A DNA stretch of 64,000 nucleotides. It comes from a phage. Position 1 is the stretch's first letter. Each line of letters begins with the position of its first letter. Both the position numbers and the translations under genes were made by a program. The stretch is taken from sequence record PZ402305.1, one strand, 5' to 3'. The notes under the pieces were generated by a model. That model was not told the DNA's origin and searched no databases. It worked only from the letters and a program-made list of their open reading frames with translations. Below are positions 62,268 to 64,000 of this stretch, piece after piece.

Positions 62268-62338
62268 ATGTTTCGTAGTTCAATGGTAGAACCCACGACT
62301 GATAATCGTGAGACACAAGTTCGATTCTTGTCGAAACA
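62268..62338 (+). tRNA. tRNA-Ile (GAT)
   Basis: Stem CACGA/TCGTG with loop CTGATAA; T-arm ACAAG-TTCGATT-CTTGT; CCA. Confidence 0.65.
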
Positions 62339-62419
62339 ACCAGTTTCCCGTTAGACTTACAGGATAAGAGTTCCACAGCTTATTGTGATGCTGGTTCGAA
62401 TCCAGCACGGGATACCTAA

Positions 62420-62495
62420 TAGCGGGATAGAGGAGTCTGGTCGTCCTCGCCAGTTTCATATGCTGGAGATCATTGGTTCAAATCCAATTCCCGCC
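62420..62495 (+). tRNA. tRNA-Met (CAT), initiator or elongator undetermined
   Basis: D-stem GAGG/CCTC, stem CCAGT/GCTGG with loop TTCATAT, T-arm ATTGG-TTCAAAT-CCAAT, 1:72 mismatch, CCA. Confidence 0.5.
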
Positions 62496-62613
62496 TCCAA
62501 ATATCGCTTGCCAGCGGTATCTTTGAAGACCTTGCCTGGTTCCTTCTAAGATGGAGGGGTGCGACTCCTTAACGCACAATTATAATAAAGCATTTCAAAT
62601 TAACAGTATTTAT

Positions 62614-62637
62614 TAGCCTCCTTATTGGAGGCTTTTT
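62614..62637 (+). terminator. rho-independent terminator closing the tRNA cluster
   Basis: AGCCTCC-ttatt-GGAGGCT followed by TTTTT. Confidence 0.7.
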
Positions 62638-62706
62638 GCTATCTATTGAATAAAACTTGACTTATTATTTTTTATATGTTAAGATAAAGTTTAGGAGGAT
62701 TTTATT

Positions 62707-63003
62707 ATGCCTAAACTAAAACGTGGTCGTGGAAGACCAACAGCCGAAATGCAACAGATTTACGCAATGGATGCGGCGCAAGCAAGTGTAAAAGAATTAT
62801 TTGCAGAGCATTATTTAGAAGCTATGCGGTATATTGTTGAACTTGTTAATGATAAGGATGCAGCAAAACCTCTCCGCTTCCAAGCAGCTAAAGCTATTAA
62901 AGAGCAAGTAGAAGAATGGTTAGAAGAACATTATGAAGCTATGGAAGAAGAAACCCCTGCCGTGCAGAATACAGATGACGTTCCTAAAAAGATCGTAATC
63001 TAA
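62707..63003 (+). CDS. hypothetical protein with AT-hook-like KRGRGRP
   Basis: AGGAGG RBS; extended -10 promoter at about 62657-62685; terminator hairpins at about 63019-63086. Confidence 0.5.
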   Translation: MPKLKRGRGRPTAEMQQIYAMDAAQASVKELFAEHYLEAMRYIVELVNDKDAAKPLRFQAAKAIKEQVEEWLEEHYEAMEEETPAVQNTDDVPKKIVI

Positions 63004-63363
63004 TCCCTCTCCTCTCTTGGGGCTTTGCCCCTCCTCCTTGTTATTTTTAACACCCCTCTCCGAAAGGTTAGGGGCTTTTTATTTTTAATGCTTGCAATTG
63101 TATATCATTTTATGATAAGATCAGATATGAGGAGGATAAAATATGCGCAATTTTGTAGTTAAAAATGATTTTAACCGTTCTTCTTATCATAAAGATAAAA
63201 AGAATGATTACACACGGGCTTGGAACTTGGAGGAAGAACTTTATGATGACAGAGAAGACTTGGGAAGAGATCCTAGCGGAGGCTCAACCAATGGAAGTGA
63301 AGAAGATAGTTAACAACGCCCCTTCTCTTCCTAAAATAAAATTTTATGAGGAAGTAGAAGATA

Positions 63364-63756
63364 ATGAATCTAAAGACTAAAACTGTATTAAGTTTTGTTT
63401 TAATTGTTGTTCTTATTCTTGCCGGAATGTTTGCTTATAACAAGATACGTGAGTCTGGCTACAAAGATGGTGTTGCCTATCAAACGCAAGTATATCAAGC
63501 AGCCCAAGCAAAAGCAAAACAAGATTTCGATGTTCTTCAAAAAAGAGCGGATGAAGAAAGAGCATTATTAAATACTCAAATAAACAATTTATCTAAAAAC
63601 AATGCACAATTAAAAGCAGATTTAGAGAAGAAGAAACAAACGATCAATGAGGATACAACGAATTATGCAAAAACTAATTCTGGCAGTATGTCTTGCTTTG
63701 CCCCTAATGATGACGGGTTGTTCATCATCAACAAAAGTTTCCCCAGTTCTTATTGA
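63364..63756 (+). CDS. i-spanin (Rz-like): N-terminal TM helix plus coiled-coil
   Basis: VLSFVLIVVLILAGMFAY then heptad-rich periplasmic region; the o-spanin gene is embedded at its 3' end. Confidence 0.5.
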   Translation: MNLKTKTVLSFVLIVVLILAGMFAYNKIRESGYKDGVAYQTQVYQAAQAKAKQDFDVLQKRADEERALLNTQINNLSKNNAQLKADLEKKKQTINEDTTNYAKTNSGSMSCFAPNDDGLFIINKSFPSSY

Positions 63757-63991
63757 TGAGTGTAAGGCTGTAGCCATAGAAAAGGTTAAAGGTCCAGATT
63801 CGGACTTGATGGATAAAGTATCGACACCTGTGCCATACACTAAAAATCAAATTGCAAAAGGGGTTAGTAGATCTGAAGTTGTTAACAACCAAACTCAAAA
63901 CAATGCTCTTTGGGAGCAAGATAGACGAAAGGTTCTAGGTTTACAAACATATATTAAAACACTGCAAGAAAAAGGTATTATTGCTGAATAA
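63665..63991 (+). CDS. o-spanin (Rz1-like outer-membrane lipoprotein), overlapped architecture
   Basis: MQKLILAVCLALPLMMTGC lipobox; begins inside the i-spanin gene in another frame; track start 63647. Confidence 0.45.
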   Translation: MQKLILAVCLALPLMMTGCSSSTKVSPVLIDECKAVAIEKVKGPDSDLMDKVSTPVPYTKNQIAKGVSRSEVVNNQTQNNALWEQDRRKVLGLQTYIKTLQEKGIIAE

Positions 63992-64000
63992 GGAGGGAAT

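Noticed and set aside
62345-62414. Second tRNA-like element (T-arm GCTGG-TTCGAAT-CCAGC with acceptor-like ends)
   Set aside because: The anticodon region folds only as a tetraloop hairpin (CACAG-CTTA-TTGTG) and position 1:72 is mismatched; not called.

Overview
This window reads as an early / nucleotide-metabolism region of a large lytic T4-like (Straboviridae-type) phage; that assignment is inference from gene content, with no database search run. Three blocks: (i) 1-23.1 kb, plus strand: many small genes behind host sigma70-type promoters, eight of them PeSL-like cassettes (promoter + conserved stem-loop), a 1.6 kb ORF-free repeat region, a six-member paralogous small-protein family and a serine recombinase. 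(ii) 23.2-59.1 kb, minus strand: one long gene train with a Sir2-like protein, cytosine-5 and N6-adenine methyltransferase-like genes, Ser/Thr phosphatase, HslV-like peptidase, PhoH, T4-type lysozyme, glutaredoxin, a complete dTDP-rhamnose set (rmlBACD), nrdA/nrdB, ThyX-like, HNH endonuclease, DEDD exonuclease, T4 RNase H-like flap nuclease, DNA ligase and a kinase / Rnl1 ligase / phosphoesterase RNA-repair cassette. (iii) 59.1-64 kb: a repeat-rich divergent control region, about 12 tRNA genes with two structured-RNA candidates, then an overlapped spanin pair. No structural genes, CRISPR array or integrase/att sites seen. Most interesting: the paralogous family, the Sir2/methyltransferase module, a flap-nuclease gene with no canonical start codon, a gene split by a perfect 77-bp tandem duplication, and a Ser-type tRNA that appears to carry an Asn anticodon. 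CDS coordinates follow the ORF track (starts moved to internal Met/Val where an RBS supports it); RNA, promoter and hairpin coordinates were read by eye and may be off by 1-2 nt. About 20 further track ORFs in the two dense gene trains are left unannotated as unremarkable hypotheticals.
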